Of a stretch of 32,000 nt of DNA, positions 8,965 to 21,826 are shown one piece after another (within the stretch, counting starts at the first letter, position 1; every line of letters begins with the position of its first letter). Source of the stretch: Candidatus Hadarchaeota archaeon (GTDB taxonomy: Archaea > Hadarchaeota > Hadarchaeia > Hadarchaeales > Hadarchaeaceae). Location: the NCBI GenBank assembly GCA_964514965.1, contig CAZETV010000002.1, positions 156,445 through 188,444 of the forward strand. The letters run 5' to 3'. The position numbers were made by a program, and so were the translations under genes. The notes beneath the pieces were generated by a model. That model was given only the letters and a program-made list of their open reading frames with translations, was not told the DNA's origin and searched no databases.

Positions 8965-10227
8965 CTACTTAGCAGGTGTCAGATCGATGCAAACCCCTGC
9001 TGCGATAGTCATCCCCATGTCACGCACAGCGAAGCGACTCAGTTGCGGGAGGTCAGCAGCCTTCTCGATTACCATGGGCTTGGTAGGCGTTATCTTAACT
9101 GTCGCCATGTCTCCCTTCTTTATGAATTCCGGCTTATCCTGAACCACTTCACCAGTCTTCGGGTCAAGCTTCTGGGTAATTTCTGATATAGTGCAAGCTA
9201 TCTGCGCCGTGTGGGCGTGGAAAACCGGAGTATAGCCGGCAGCTAACGCCGTTGGATGCTGCAGAACGGCAATTCGTGCGGTGAACTCCTTAGCCACGGT
9301 TGGAGGCGACTTCGGGTGTCCCGCAACATCACCCCGCCTTATCGCGGCCTTATCAACTCCCCGAACGTTAAAGCCTATGTTGTCACCGGGCTCAGCCTGC
9401 GGTATTGTCTCATGGTGCATCTCAATCGATTTTACCTCTGCATTTACTCCCGCAGGTTCAAAGATGAGAGTGTCCCCAACTTTCAATACTCCTGTTTCAA
9501 CCCTCCCCACGGGCACTGTTCCAACTCCAGTAATCGAATACACGTCCTGTACAGGCAGACGAAGCGGCTTGTCGACGGGTTTCGAAGGTACAGAGAACGC
9601 ATCCAGCGAGGCGAAAAAGACGGGACCTGTATACCACTTCATCTTGTCGCTAGCTTTAGTCACGTTATCCCCATGAAATGCCGAAACGGGAACAAACGTG
9701 AATTTTTCTGGATTCTTGTAGCCAACCGTTCTCAGCAGGTCAATAATCTCATCTTTGAGCTTGTTAAACACATCCTCTTTGTAACTCACGACGTCCATCT
9801 TATTTACAACAATCACCAGTTGCCCGACCCCAAGAGTAAAGGCAAGTGCCGCGTGCTCCCGTGTTTGAGGCATGATTCCATCGTCAGCCGCGACCACGAG
9901 CACCGCTGCGTCGGCTTGGCTTGCTCCAGTGATCATATTTTTCACGAAGTCCCGATGACCTGGGGCATCGATGACAGTAAAGGAGTAATTGTTCGTTTCG
10001 AACTTCTTGTGCGCAAGATCAATTGTAAGTCCCCGCTCTCGCTCTTCCTTAAGGGCGTCCATTACCCAAGCGAACTTGAAAGTCTTACCTCTGTCACCCA
10101 TCGCCTCGAATTTTCTTATATCCTCCTCTTTCACCAATCCCCTGTCGTAAAAGGTTCTCCCTACCAATGTGGATTTACCGTGATCCACATGCCCAATTGT
10201 TATCAGGTTCAAGTGAGGTTTCACCAT
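8965..10227 (-). CDS. tuf: Translation elongation factor aEF-1alpha
   Basis: 420-aa ORF with the GTPase motifs [14 protein letters not shown] and NKMD. Confidence 0.98.
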   Translation of the reverse strand: MVKPHLNLITIGHVDHGKSTLVGRTFYDRGLVKEEDIRKFEAMGDRGKTFKFAWVMDALKEERERGLTIDLAHKKFETNNYSFTVIDAPGHRDFVKNMITGASQADAAVLVVAADDGIMPQTREHAALAFTLGVGQLVIVVNKMDVVSYKEDVFNKLKDEIIDLLRTVGYKNPEKFTFVPVSAFHGDNVTKASDKMKWYTGPVFFASLDAFSVPSKPVDKPLRLPVQDVYSITGVGTVPVGRVETGVLKVGDTLIFEPAGVNAEVKSIEMHHETIPQAEPGDNIGFNVRGVDKAAIRRGDVAGHPKSPPTVAKEFTARIAVLQHPTALAAGYTPVFHAHTAQIACTISEITQKLDPKTGEVVQDKPEFIKKGDMATVKITPTKPMVIEKAADLPQLSRFAVRDMGMTIAAGVCIDLTPAK

Positions 10228-10281
10228 TCATATCTCCTCCTATCTAATTCCAATTTGCGCGTGCATTTTAAAAGCCTTGCG

Positions 10282-10887
10282 TTATCTCGCCCCTCTCGCT
10301 ATTCGCTCAGTCTCACCTTTTCGCGCCACAGCGAAACTTTTCATGTCGTTGCTAGCAGCCATGATGAGTTCCTCAGCAAGGCACTCCTCGATAGGTTTTT
10401 TGTTCGAGAAAGACGCTGCGAAGCTCCCGGCCGCGAGATTCTTGAGTGCGATGTCGAGCCTCCGCTGGGGGGAAGAGTCGACTGCGACGTAATAGGTTAT
10501 CCCTCCGTAACTTATCCGGGTAGTCTCCTCGCGTGGGGCCGAATTCTGTATGGCCTCAATCAAAACTTGAACAGGATTTCTATTCGTCCGCTTTTCGATA
10601 ATCTCAAATGACTTACGCACAATGTTATATTCCTTGTATTTTTTGCCGCAGGCTTTGGCGCCGCGGATTGCCTTGCCCCCAAGCTTCCTCACGCCCGGCC
10701 CTGAACGCATAATTTTATTTATCAACCGCTCGACGATCGGCGCACTCGCTTTTCCAAATTGTTTGCGGGAATGCCTTCCGCCGCCATGCAAAACCATACC
10801 TGGCTCCAGTCGAATGTACTGCTTCAGCCCGAGGTCCTCTATCGCAATACCGTCGACTGACCACTTGTCGAAGTACTTGAACTCCAT
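10282..10887 (-). CDS. rps7: 30S ribosomal protein uS7
   Basis: The S7-like sequence begins at MEFKYFDKW. The ATG at 10887 lies 4 nt after the S12 stop, so the 216-aa track ORF would overlap S12. Confidence 0.9.
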   Translation of the reverse strand: MEFKYFDKWSVDGIAIEDLGLKQYIRLEPGMVLHGGGRHSRKQFGKASAPIVERLINKIMRSGPGVRKLGGKAIRGAKACGKKYKEYNIVRKSFEIIEKRTNRNPVQVLIEAIQNSAPREETTRISYGGITYYVAVDSSPQRRLDIALKNLAAGSFAASFSNKKPIEECLAEELIMAASNDMKSFAVARKGETERIARGAR

Positions 10888-10891
10888 CCAA

Positions 10892-11329
10892 TCACCGCGC
10901 TGGCTTCTCCTTGCGCCCCTCCACGAGCTCATTCAGCGAGACATCATTCACTTTAATCACCTTGTAGCGAACGCCAGGAATATCGCCGTAAGAACCACCT
11001 TTCGCACCCCCTATCCCCTCGATGACGACCTCGTCGTGCTCATCGATGAACCCAATTGCGCCATCTCTAGGGGCGAAGGCAGTTACCTGACGACTATTCT
11101 TGATGAGTTGAACGCGAACGCATTTCCTAATCGCGGAGTTTGGCTGTTTGGCTTCGATCCCAACCTTTTCGAGTACAATTCCCCTTCCTTGCGGCGACCC
11201 TTCGAGAGGGTCAGCTTTTTCGTCAAGTCTGAGCACCCGTCGCTTGTATTGAGCACTCTTCCATCTATACTGCTGCCTTTTGGAACCCAGTTTCCGAGCT
11301 GCAAATTCCCCTCTGGAACCTTTACTCAT
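10892..11329 (-). CDS. rps12: 30S ribosomal protein uS12
   Basis: 145-aa ORF containing the S12 hallmark KQPNSA.RK. Confidence 0.97.
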   Translation of the reverse strand: MSKGSRGEFAARKLGSKRQQYRWKSAQYKRRVLRLDEKADPLEGSPQGRGIVLEKVGIEAKQPNSAIRKCVRVQLIKNSRQVTAFAPRDGAIGFIDEHDEVVIEGIGGAKGGSYGDIPGVRYKVIKVNDVSLNELVEGRKEKPAR

Positions 11330-11372
11330 AATTCCCCACCTAAAAGAACACTTTCCTTTCCAACCTTAAAAA

Positions 11373-11797
11373 TCAAACAAGTGAGAGGTCTTGAATCCCA
11401 TGATGGCGGAGGGCAAGTTTCTTTGCGCACTGGATTTTTCTGCCTCCTCGACCGATGGCTATTCCTCGGTCTTGTTCTTCGATGTCTATTAACGCGATTT
11501 TCTTGCCTTCACGTTCGACGATGTTGACTCCCCTGACCTTTGCGGGCATTAATATATTTTTTACGAACTTTGCTGGGTCTGCAGAGTATTCGACGACCTC
11601 GACGCTTTTCCCGATTATTCGCTTTGTCCTTTTAATCTTATTTCCACCTTTACCTATGACAAAACCAATATCTCCCATTTTCACAACGAAGGTGAGCCTA
11701 GCTCCATTTTCGTGAATTATACAATCGTGAACCCTCGCTCCCGTCAATCCCTCAAAGAGGGCGATGTAGCGCATTTCATCGGCGCTGAGTTTAATGC

Positions 11798-11801
<4 letters not shown>
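11373..11801 (-). CDS. nusA: Archaeal NusA-like protein (two KH domains)
   Basis: 142-aa ORF with two GKGG/GRGG KH motifs. It occupies the conserved slot between L30e and S12. Confidence 0.9.
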
Positions 11802-15907
<4,106 letters not shown>

Positions 15908-18900
15908 CTATGCCCTATCTTTCAGCCGCAAGCGTGGCGACATGCACATCGACTTGAGTTCGTCAACTAGTAACTTGAAAGCATATGATATCTCCACCCC
16001 GTAAATCTCCGAGTCTTCATCACAAACTGGGCAGTATGTATAATCTCGCCGCCTGTCGTAAATCGCAAAACTGCCGCATTTGCCACATATAAGGCTGGTG
16101 TACCTGTCCGAAGCGTCCAAGAGGCGCTCCTTCAACAACATCGCTGCACCATGACCAATCAAGCAGTCACGCTCCATTTCTCCGAAGCGCAAACCCCCTT
16201 CGCGCGCCCTGCCCTCGGTTGGCTGATGGGTCAGAACCTGCACCGGCCCTCGAGAGCGAGCATGAATTTTGTCCGCCACCATATGGTGAAGTTTTTGATA
16301 ATAACAGACCCCGATGAAGATGTCTGTGGGAATCATCTCACCAGTGACCCCATTATACATTATCTCCTTACCCGTGTGCTTGAATCCGCAAGCTTGAAGC
16401 ATTTCGCGCAGTTGATTTTCCGGCATTCCCGCGAACGGAGTACCATCAATTCTTTGTCCAGAAATCGCCCCGACTTTACCGGCAATCATCTCCAGCAACT
16501 GCCCTACCGACATACGTGAGGGAATAGCGTGTGGGTTGATAAGAACATCAGGGACTATCCCATTTTCGGTGAATGGCATGTCCGCGCTATCTAGGACGAT
16601 TCCAATAACTCCCTTCTGACCATGCCTAGACGCAATCTTATCCCCAATCTCCGGTATACGCAGGTCTCTGACCCGCGCCCTTACGAGTTTGTTTCCCTCA
16701 GATGTCGTGCTCATGAGAATCATGTCAACAATCCCTTCCTCGCTGGGTCTGACCCTTATCGAACTTTCCCGACGTCCATGCTCGACTGCGATGCCGAACT
16801 CGTCTATCTCCTCTAAGAATCTCGGCGGGCTTGTTCGACCAATCAAGACATCCTCGCCCCGAACTTCGGATTCAACCTCAGTTATCCCATCTTCCCCAAG
16901 GTTCCGGTAAAGGCTCGCGTCAGCATACCCTCGAATTTCCTCACTTGGGACCTCGAACTTGTCCTCTTGTCCCCCAAGATACCTACCTTCCTCGGCCTCG
17001 TAAGCCCTGTAAAACGTCGTTCGCCCAAATCCACGACCAATGGAATCTTTGTTGACGATGAGAGCATCTTCCATGTTGTAGCCGCCGTAGGTCGCGATTG
17101 CCACCACAACGTTCTGTCCAGCAGCCCTGCGGTCGAAGCCAACCGCGTCCATCACCTTGGTCCAGATAAGCGGAACTTGTGGGTATTGTAAAAAGTGACT
17201 CCGCGTATCTACACGGTTGTGAATATTGGTTGCTCCAACCCCGAGTGCCTGTTTGGCCATGTTCGCGCCGTAAGTATTCCGCGGTGATTGATTGTGCTCG
17301 GCGTATGGGATGAGTGCTGCGCTTATCCCCAACATCGCTAGCTGGTGAAGCTCTAAGTTAGTGTTTTCTGGTATCAGCTCCTGTTGCGAGATCGCGATAA
17401 AAGAGTTTTCCTCCTCCTCAGCGTCTAAGTATTCTATTACGCCCTCCTGAATCATATCACGCCAAGTGAGTTCACCAGTCTTGACCTTCTCGATGTGTTC
17501 CTCAGCCAAAAGAGATTTCCCGCCTTCGACTACAATTACTGGTCTGCGCACCCGGCCGGCGTCCGTGTTTATCCGCACCTCGTTCGTGTCCTCCCTATAC
17601 GCTATGTTAATTTGCTCATCGACGCTTCCCTTACGACGATGACGCCTGAATTCCTCCACAAGCATTTGCCCATTTTCGGCTATGCCAATTAATCGCCCGT
17701 TTATGTAAACAACACTCTTGCCCTTGTGTTCGCTGCCCTTCTGGATTTTTATGACGCCAAGCTTGTACAAGAGTCGCTCGCACTTCCCCTCTTCTGTTCC
17801 TGTCGAGATTTCAGCCATCAGCGCGAGATTTTTCACAAGCCCACAGTTCGGACCCTCTGGAGTCTCGCACGGACAAATCTTACCCCAGTGCGTCGGGTGG
17901 AGGTCACGTGCCTCGAAGTGGGGCTGGCTCCGGCTCAGGGGAGAGACGACGCGACGTAAGTGTGAGATGGCGGCAATGTAGTTCGTCCGGTCTAAGAGCT
18001 GGCTAACCCCGGACCGTCCACCCGGCCAGTTGCCAGTGGCCAAAGCGTGCCGGATTCGTTCAGTCAGCACATCCGCGCGCGCCGCGGTCTTGACATTCAG
18101 CTCCCTGCCCCTCGCATTTGCCCGCTCGAGCTGATATTTGATGTCCCGGGTGAGGTTGAGAAAAGCTAGCCTGAACACGTTCTCGAGCAAATCACCCGCC
18201 AGTTTCAGCCGTTTGTTCGCATAGTGATCCTTGTCGTTTACATCTCTCCGACCGAGCGCAAGTTCTATCACCTGCTCAGCCATTCTACCTAGATAATACA
18301 CCTTACCGATGCGATCCTTTGGACGGGAACCTATGTGCGGTAAAAGATACCTGTCTAACACCTCTTGTGCCCGCTCCAGCCGGTATTCCTTGGTCTGCCC
18401 TATTGCCACTCGCTTCCCTATTAAGTCGAGTGCATCCTCGCGCGTTTTTACTTCCACCGCTTCCTGTAGGTTCTCAAAGAGTTCACGAATTAGCTCTTGG
18501 TCATCAGAAACAGCTTCTACGATCTCGCGATCGCTCTCGAGCCCCAAGGCGCGCATCAGAACCACGAGCGATACTTGTCCTGGAACGGCGGGAAACGAGA
18601 CGCGCAACAAGCCATCACGCTTCCGCTCGACCACGACGAGTGCCCGAAAACCGCGCTGGGTCGAGAAGACCTTCGCCACCGCGGTGCCCATGCGTTCATC
18701 TCTTTCTACCAAAATCGAGTTCGACGCAAGATCCTCTTGGGTGACAATCACCCGCTCCGAACCATTAACAATGAAATAACCCCCAGGGTCTAGAGGGTCC
18801 TCGCCGGCAGCTATCAGTTCGTCCTCGCTCTTACCACTCAACTTGCAAAGTTTTGACTTGAGCATCACTGGTAGCTCGCCAACATACACTTCTTCTGTGG

Positions 18901-19210
18901 GTTGTTCCTTTCCCTGTTTGATAAGATGTACATCAAGATAAATCGGCGCAGTGTAGCTGAGATTTCGCAATCTCGCCTCGCTAGGAAATATTTCTGGACG
19001 GGATCCATCGGCTTCCTTCACCGAGGGATTACCCAATCTCACCTTGCCAAACTTGACATCGACGCCCGCGATATCGATATCTACGCCGCCTATTCCGTCG
19101 ATGACACTCTGGATTCCATGATCGATGAATTCATTGTAGGAGTCTAGGTGCTGCCTTACAAGCCCCCTTTCCTTGAAGAAAGCCTCTACTAAAGGCCAAG
19201 TGTCCTGCAT
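15908..19210 (-). CDS. rpoB: DNA-directed RNA polymerase subunit B (Rpo2), unsplit
   Basis: A single 1100-aa ORF covers both the B'' and B' regions (GDK.A.RHGQKG, C-terminal zinc ribbon C..C...C..C). Confidence 0.98.
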   Translation of the reverse strand: MQDTWPLVEAFFKERGLVRQHLDSYNEFIDHGIQSVIDGIGGVDIDIAGVDVKFGKVRLGNPSVKEADGSRPEIFPSEARLRNLSYTAPIYLDVHLIKQGKEQPTEEVYVGELPVMLKSKLCKLSGKSEDELIAAGEDPLDPGGYFIVNGSERVIVTQEDLASNSILVERDERMGTAVAKVFSTQRGFRALVVVERKRDGLLRVSFPAVPGQVSLVVLMRALGLESDREIVEAVSDDQELIRELFENLQEAVEVKTREDALDLIGKRVAIGQTKEYRLERAQEVLDRYLLPHIGSRPKDRIGKVYYLGRMAEQVIELALGRRDVNDKDHYANKRLKLAGDLLENVFRLAFLNLTRDIKYQLERANARGRELNVKTAARADVLTERIRHALATGNWPGGRSGVSQLLDRTNYIAAISHLRRVVSPLSRSQPHFEARDLHPTHWGKICPCETPEGPNCGLVKNLALMAEISTGTEEGKCERLLYKLGVIKIQKGSEHKGKSVVYINGRLIGIAENGQMLVEEFRRHRRKGSVDEQINIAYREDTNEVRINTDAGRVRRPVIVVEGGKSLLAEEHIEKVKTGELTWRDMIQEGVIEYLDAEEEENSFIAISQQELIPENTNLELHQLAMLGISAALIPYAEHNQSPRNTYGANMAKQALGVGATNIHNRVDTRSHFLQYPQVPLIWTKVMDAVGFDRRAAGQNVVVAIATYGGYNMEDALIVNKDSIGRGFGRTTFYRAYEAEEGRYLGGQEDKFEVPSEEIRGYADASLYRNLGEDGITEVESEVRGEDVLIGRTSPPRFLEEIDEFGIAVEHGRRESSIRVRPSEEGIVDMILMSTTSEGNKLVRARVRDLRIPEIGDKIASRHGQKGVIGIVLDSADMPFTENGIVPDVLINPHAIPSRMSVGQLLEMIAGKVGAISGQRIDGTPFAGMPENQLREMLQACGFKHTGKEIMYNGVTGEMIPTDIFIGVCYYQKLHHMVADKIHARSRGPVQVLTHQPTEGRAREGGLRFGEMERDCLIGHGAAMLLKERLLDASDRYTSLICGKCGSFAIYDRRRDYTYCPVCDEDSEIYGVEISYAFKLLVDELKSMCMSPRLRLKDRA

Positions 19211-19218
19211 TATACCAC

Positions 19219-19458
19219 CTACTTAATCACGTACCTATACACGACGGCTTTCCCCGCTGTGGCACTGTTACGGGTGATTTCGAGCAAGTCTCCGGGCTTG
19301 GCCCCTATAGCTTTAGCGGCGGGGTCGGAACTTTTGATGAATGGGAGCTGGTGGGGAAAAATCTTGTAACGATCAAGAACCTCTTGCACTTTCTCTTTCG
19401 ACAATATTTCATGTTTTGGCACGAGCACGTGCTGTCCAACGTCAATTTTGGCTGACAT
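19219..19458 (-). CDS. rpoH: DNA-directed RNA polymerase subunit H (Rpo5)
   Basis: 79-aa ORF containing H.LVP.H.IL and the typical RpoH C-terminus YR.V. Confidence 0.93.
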   Translation of the reverse strand: MSAKIDVGQHVLVPKHEILSKEKVQEVLDRYKIFPHQLPFIKSSDPAAKAIGAKPGDLLEITRNSATAGKAVVYRYVIK

Positions 19459-19483
19459 ATTCTCCCCGCATACCGCCTCACAA

Positions 19484-19558
19484 CGGGCCCGGAGGGATTC
19501 GAACCCTCGACACCCGGCTTAAAAGGCCGGTGCGCTAGCCAGACTGCGCTACGGGCCC
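19484..19558 (-). tRNA. tRNA-Lys (anticodon UUU)
   Basis: Hand-folded 75-nt cloverleaf. Acceptor GGGCCCG/CGGGCCC, D arm GCGC-AGUCUGGCUA-GCGC, anticodon arm CCGGC-CUUUUAA-GCCGG, T arm GAGGG-UUCGAAU-CCCUC. Confidence 0.9.
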
Positions 19559-19576
19559 AAGAAAGCGGCTTGAACT

Positions 19577-19591
19577 CTCCTTTTATGCTTT
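19577..19591 (-). promoter_or_regulatory. Candidate TATA-like box for tRNA-Lys and the rpo operon
   Basis: The minus strand reads AAAGCATAAAAGGAG, centred about 27 nt upstream of the tRNA-Lys 5' end in an AT-rich spacer. Judged by eye only. Confidence 0.3.
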
Positions 19592-19707
19592 TCGCTATTT
19601 AAAATCATCGGAAGCACATTTAAAACTTTCTAAATGATGGTACTGTTAACTTAATGGGGCCCAACCACAACCTTTTACGATTTTTGATTTCTTGCCGTGG
19701 GCCTTCT

Positions 19708-20265
19708 CTAGACTAAATGTTCAATCAGTATTTTTATTCCGATACCAATTAAAATAAGACCTCCTATAATTTCAATTTTATTCCCAAAAAGGTGCCTAAA
19801 GCTATTCCCAGCAAAAACACCGAGAAACGACAACAGAAATGTTACAATCCCAACTACGATTATTGAGACCACGATAAGAATTTTTAAAAATGCAAAGCTT
19901 ACTCCAACAACCAAAGCGTCAATACTTGTAGCAACGGATAATACCAACAAAACATGAACATTCATTGGGTTGGTTTCTTTTTTGCTTGATTCTGTCTTAA
20001 TTGACTCATGAATCATTTTACAACCAACCAGACTCAGAAGTCCAAAAGCTATCCAATGGTCAAACCCTGTAATGAAATCTTTCAGGCCAGAACCAGCTAA
20101 CCACCCTATTAACAACATGACAGCCTGAAATAACCCAAAAAATATTGCGATTTTCAAGGCATTATTGATTCTCGGGTGTTTTATTGTTGTTCCGCTTGTG
20201 ATGGATACGGCAAAAGCATCCATTGCCAATCCAAACGCTACTACAAATATTGTGATCATATCCAT
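19708..20265 (-). CDS. mntP: Manganese efflux pump MntP (DUF204 family)
   Basis: 185-aa multi-pass membrane protein with the duplicated MntP motif (GLAMDAFAVS and SIDALVVG). Confidence 0.85.
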   Translation of the reverse strand: MDMITIFVVAFGLAMDAFAVSITSGTTIKHPRINNALKIAIFFGLFQAVMLLIGWLAGSGLKDFITGFDHWIAFGLLSLVGCKMIHESIKTESSKKETNPMNVHVLLVLSVATSIDALVVGVSFAFLKILIVVSIIVVGIVTFLLSFLGVFAGNSFRHLFGNKIEIIGGLILIGIGIKILIEHLV

Positions 20266-20360
20266 TCGATATCACTTTGTATGAAGTTTATTGCCTAACA
20301 TACCCCGCTTTTTACATTAAGGCATTGTGTCGGCCAAATAATTTAACAATGCATTAAATT

Positions 20361-20407
20361 GAGATGCCTTGGCCTAGATTTGAATCCGAAGCGCAGGCTC
20401 GACAGGC
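20361..20407 (-). repeat. Decayed copy of the 3' half of tRNA-Asp (att-like direct repeat)
   Basis: By hand alignment, 20361-20407 matches 21543-21589 at 41 of 47 positions. That target is the tRNA-Asp 3' end plus 4 flanking nt, running back into the 5' strand of the anticodon stem. The last 17 nt are identical. Orientation is the same, and the T-stem of the copy no longer pairs. Confidence 0.75.
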
Positions 20408-20515
20408 AAAATTATTCTAGTGGCGGGAAAAGTTCCCTAATAAGACATTAAGGAAAGTTTTGACGCTCCACAAAGCAAGTAGAGCACATAAATTCTTTGC
20501 GATATATTTCGAATT

Positions 20516-21370
20516 TTAACCTTCCCAAGCTGCCCACTTTTTAAAAATCTTTTCTTGGGATTCGACAGCCTCAGATAAATTGAATGGACTTTCGACGTTT
20601 CCAATTTCTCCTTTAACGGGGATGAAAATTTTGGTCTTAGGATTTTTGAAAGGGCAAGGCGGATAATGAGGGTGTTGCTTTCCCTTCCTCACCCCGGTTA
20701 CATCGCTTTCGGGACAAACACCTCTCATGAAACCTCGACATCCAATCAATCCTCTCGAGATCGGTAGTTGCTCAAGCAGGGCAAGATACATTTGCGCTGC
20801 TAAGCATCTGAACTCCGGAGACGTCCTGACACAAAGACGCAAGCCCAGCAAATTCAATAGAGACCGCAAATTTATCGTGACATGATAAATCCCAACTGCC
20901 TGAGAGAACGGCAGGGTGTACCTCGCCGACTCCCTCGGTACCCCCCGCTCTAGAAGTTTCTCATAAATTTCTATCCCCTGCGAAATGCTTTTCCAAAATT
21001 CCTGCCTTATCGTATCTCCCTCGTCTAACTTCAGTAAATCCCAAGGCAAAATTACTTCGTAAACCGGCCGCTCCTTTTCTATCCCCTCGTCTGCTTTGAT
21101 GTACCTAGTCGAATAACCGCTGTGGCTAGTCATCCTGTGCTCCAAAAACTCCGGGGCATTTCCTTTAGTCATTTTTAAATCGAATTTTATGATTATGTGT
21201 TCTAACGCTGAACTATAATCGTTTCTAACTATCATTTTAAAGATATCTTCGTCAAGAACTACCGGTGGAACCCCCGAGACTCTTGCTGAATAAGCCACTT
21301 CTTTCCAAGCGTTTTTTCCTCCCACTACCTCAAAATTCCAAATTTGAGGTTTCACCACTTCTATTTCCAT
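20516..21370 (-). CDS. thyX: ThyX-like flavin-dependent thymidylate synthase homologue, with a variant motif and a C-terminal extension
   Basis: 284-aa ORF that aligns by eye to Thermotoga ThyX (FEHI...; LEHRMTSHSGYSTRY against FRHRIASYNELSGRY; GVPRESARYTLP against GVPREVARIVLP). Confidence 0.8.
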   Translation of the reverse strand: MEIEVVKPQIWNFEVVGGKNAWKEVAYSARVSGVPPVVLDEDIFKMIVRNDYSSALEHIIIKFDLKMTKGNAPEFLEHRMTSHSGYSTRYIKADEGIEKERPVYEVILPWDLLKLDEGDTIRQEFWKSISQGIEIYEKLLERGVPRESARYTLPFSQAVGIYHVTINLRSLLNLLGLRLCVRTSPEFRCLAAQMYLALLEQLPISRGLIGCRGFMRGVCPESDVTGVRKGKQHPHYPPCPFKNPKTKIFIPVKGEIGNVESPFNLSEAVESQEKIFKKWAAWEG

Positions 21371-21546
21371 CTAAATCACCAACGAAACTGATGTCCCAAT
21401 ATTTGTGTATGTTATGATTCCACCACAATTTAATAGTTTTTCTACGAGGTATAAAAATTAATAATTGACAGTTTTGTGAGAGGCCCTCCCCAATCCGTGA
21501 GTACAGGCAAAAATGAAAACCAAAAAATTTGTGCCTTTTTGCGAGA

Positions 21547-21621
21547 CGCCCTGGCCGGGATTTGAACCCGAGGCGCAGGCTCGACAGGCCTGCATGCTAG
21601 ACCGGTCTACACCACCAGGGC
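21547..21621 (-). tRNA. tRNA-Asp (anticodon GUC)
   Basis: Hand-folded 75-nt cloverleaf. Acceptor GCCCUGG/CCAGGGC, anticodon arm CAGGC-CUGUCGA-GCCUG, T arm UCGGG-UUCAAAU-CCCGG, discriminator G. Confidence 0.9.
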
Positions 21622-21661
21622 CCAAACAAAAATGATTCGCGCCAATAATAAGTTTATCCAA

Positions 21662-21789
21662 GTGGACTGGCAGCGTCTCGGAGTTCCCCTTGGCTCTCGC
21701 ACAAGAGTACAGTCCGAATCGCTGGCAGGCTTAACTTCCGGGGTCTGACGAGACCGGGTGTTGCCCCACCGCTATGACCGCCAGTCCAG
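21662..21789 (-). rRNA. rrf: 5S ribosomal RNA (not linked to 16S/23S in this window)
   Basis: The minus strand reads ...GGCGGTCATAGCGGTGGGGCAACACCCGGTCTCGTCAGACCCCGGAAGTTAAGCCTGCCAGCG..., the conserved archaeal 5S core. Terminal helix I is TGGACTGGC/GCCAGTCCA. The ends are accurate to within a few nt. Confidence 0.9.
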
Positions 21790-21805
21790 TTAATCTTTGA
21801 GTTTG

Positions 21806-21816
21806 TAATTAAAAAG
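21806..21816 (-). promoter_or_regulatory. Candidate TATA box for 5S rRNA
   Basis: The minus strand reads CTTTTTAATTA, centred about 22-25 nt upstream of the inferred 5S 5' end, in the 37-nt spacer after tRNA-Tyr. Confidence 0.35.
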
Positions 21817-21826
21817 CTTGTTTAAG

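Noticed and set aside
9256-10611. 451-aa plus-strand ORF, the longest ORF on the plus strand in the core region
   Set aside because: It is entirely antisense to EF-1alpha and S7, whose identities are unambiguous. Its sequence is low-complexity and Ser/Leu/Arg/Cys-rich with no recognisable motif. It is a typical stop-free shadow frame.
10622-11527. 301-aa plus-strand ORF
   Set aside because: It is antisense to S7, S12 and NusA. It is a shadow ORF with no domain signal.
18309-18793. Cluster of 98-156-aa plus-strand ORFs inside rpoB
   Set aside because: They are overlapping alternative frames antisense to a highly conserved gene. Their Arg/Ser/Pro-rich composition is typical of antisense translation.
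20361-20407. Possibility that the tRNA-Asp fragment is a functional split-tRNA half
   Set aside because: The fragment includes the anticodon loop rather than ending at 37/38. Its T-stem no longer pairs, and no complementary leader or 5' half is visible.
21458-21661. 67-aa minus-strand ORF
   Set aside because: It reads through tRNA-Asp and the spacer up to the 5S 3' end, which makes it a stable-RNA region rather than a coding region.
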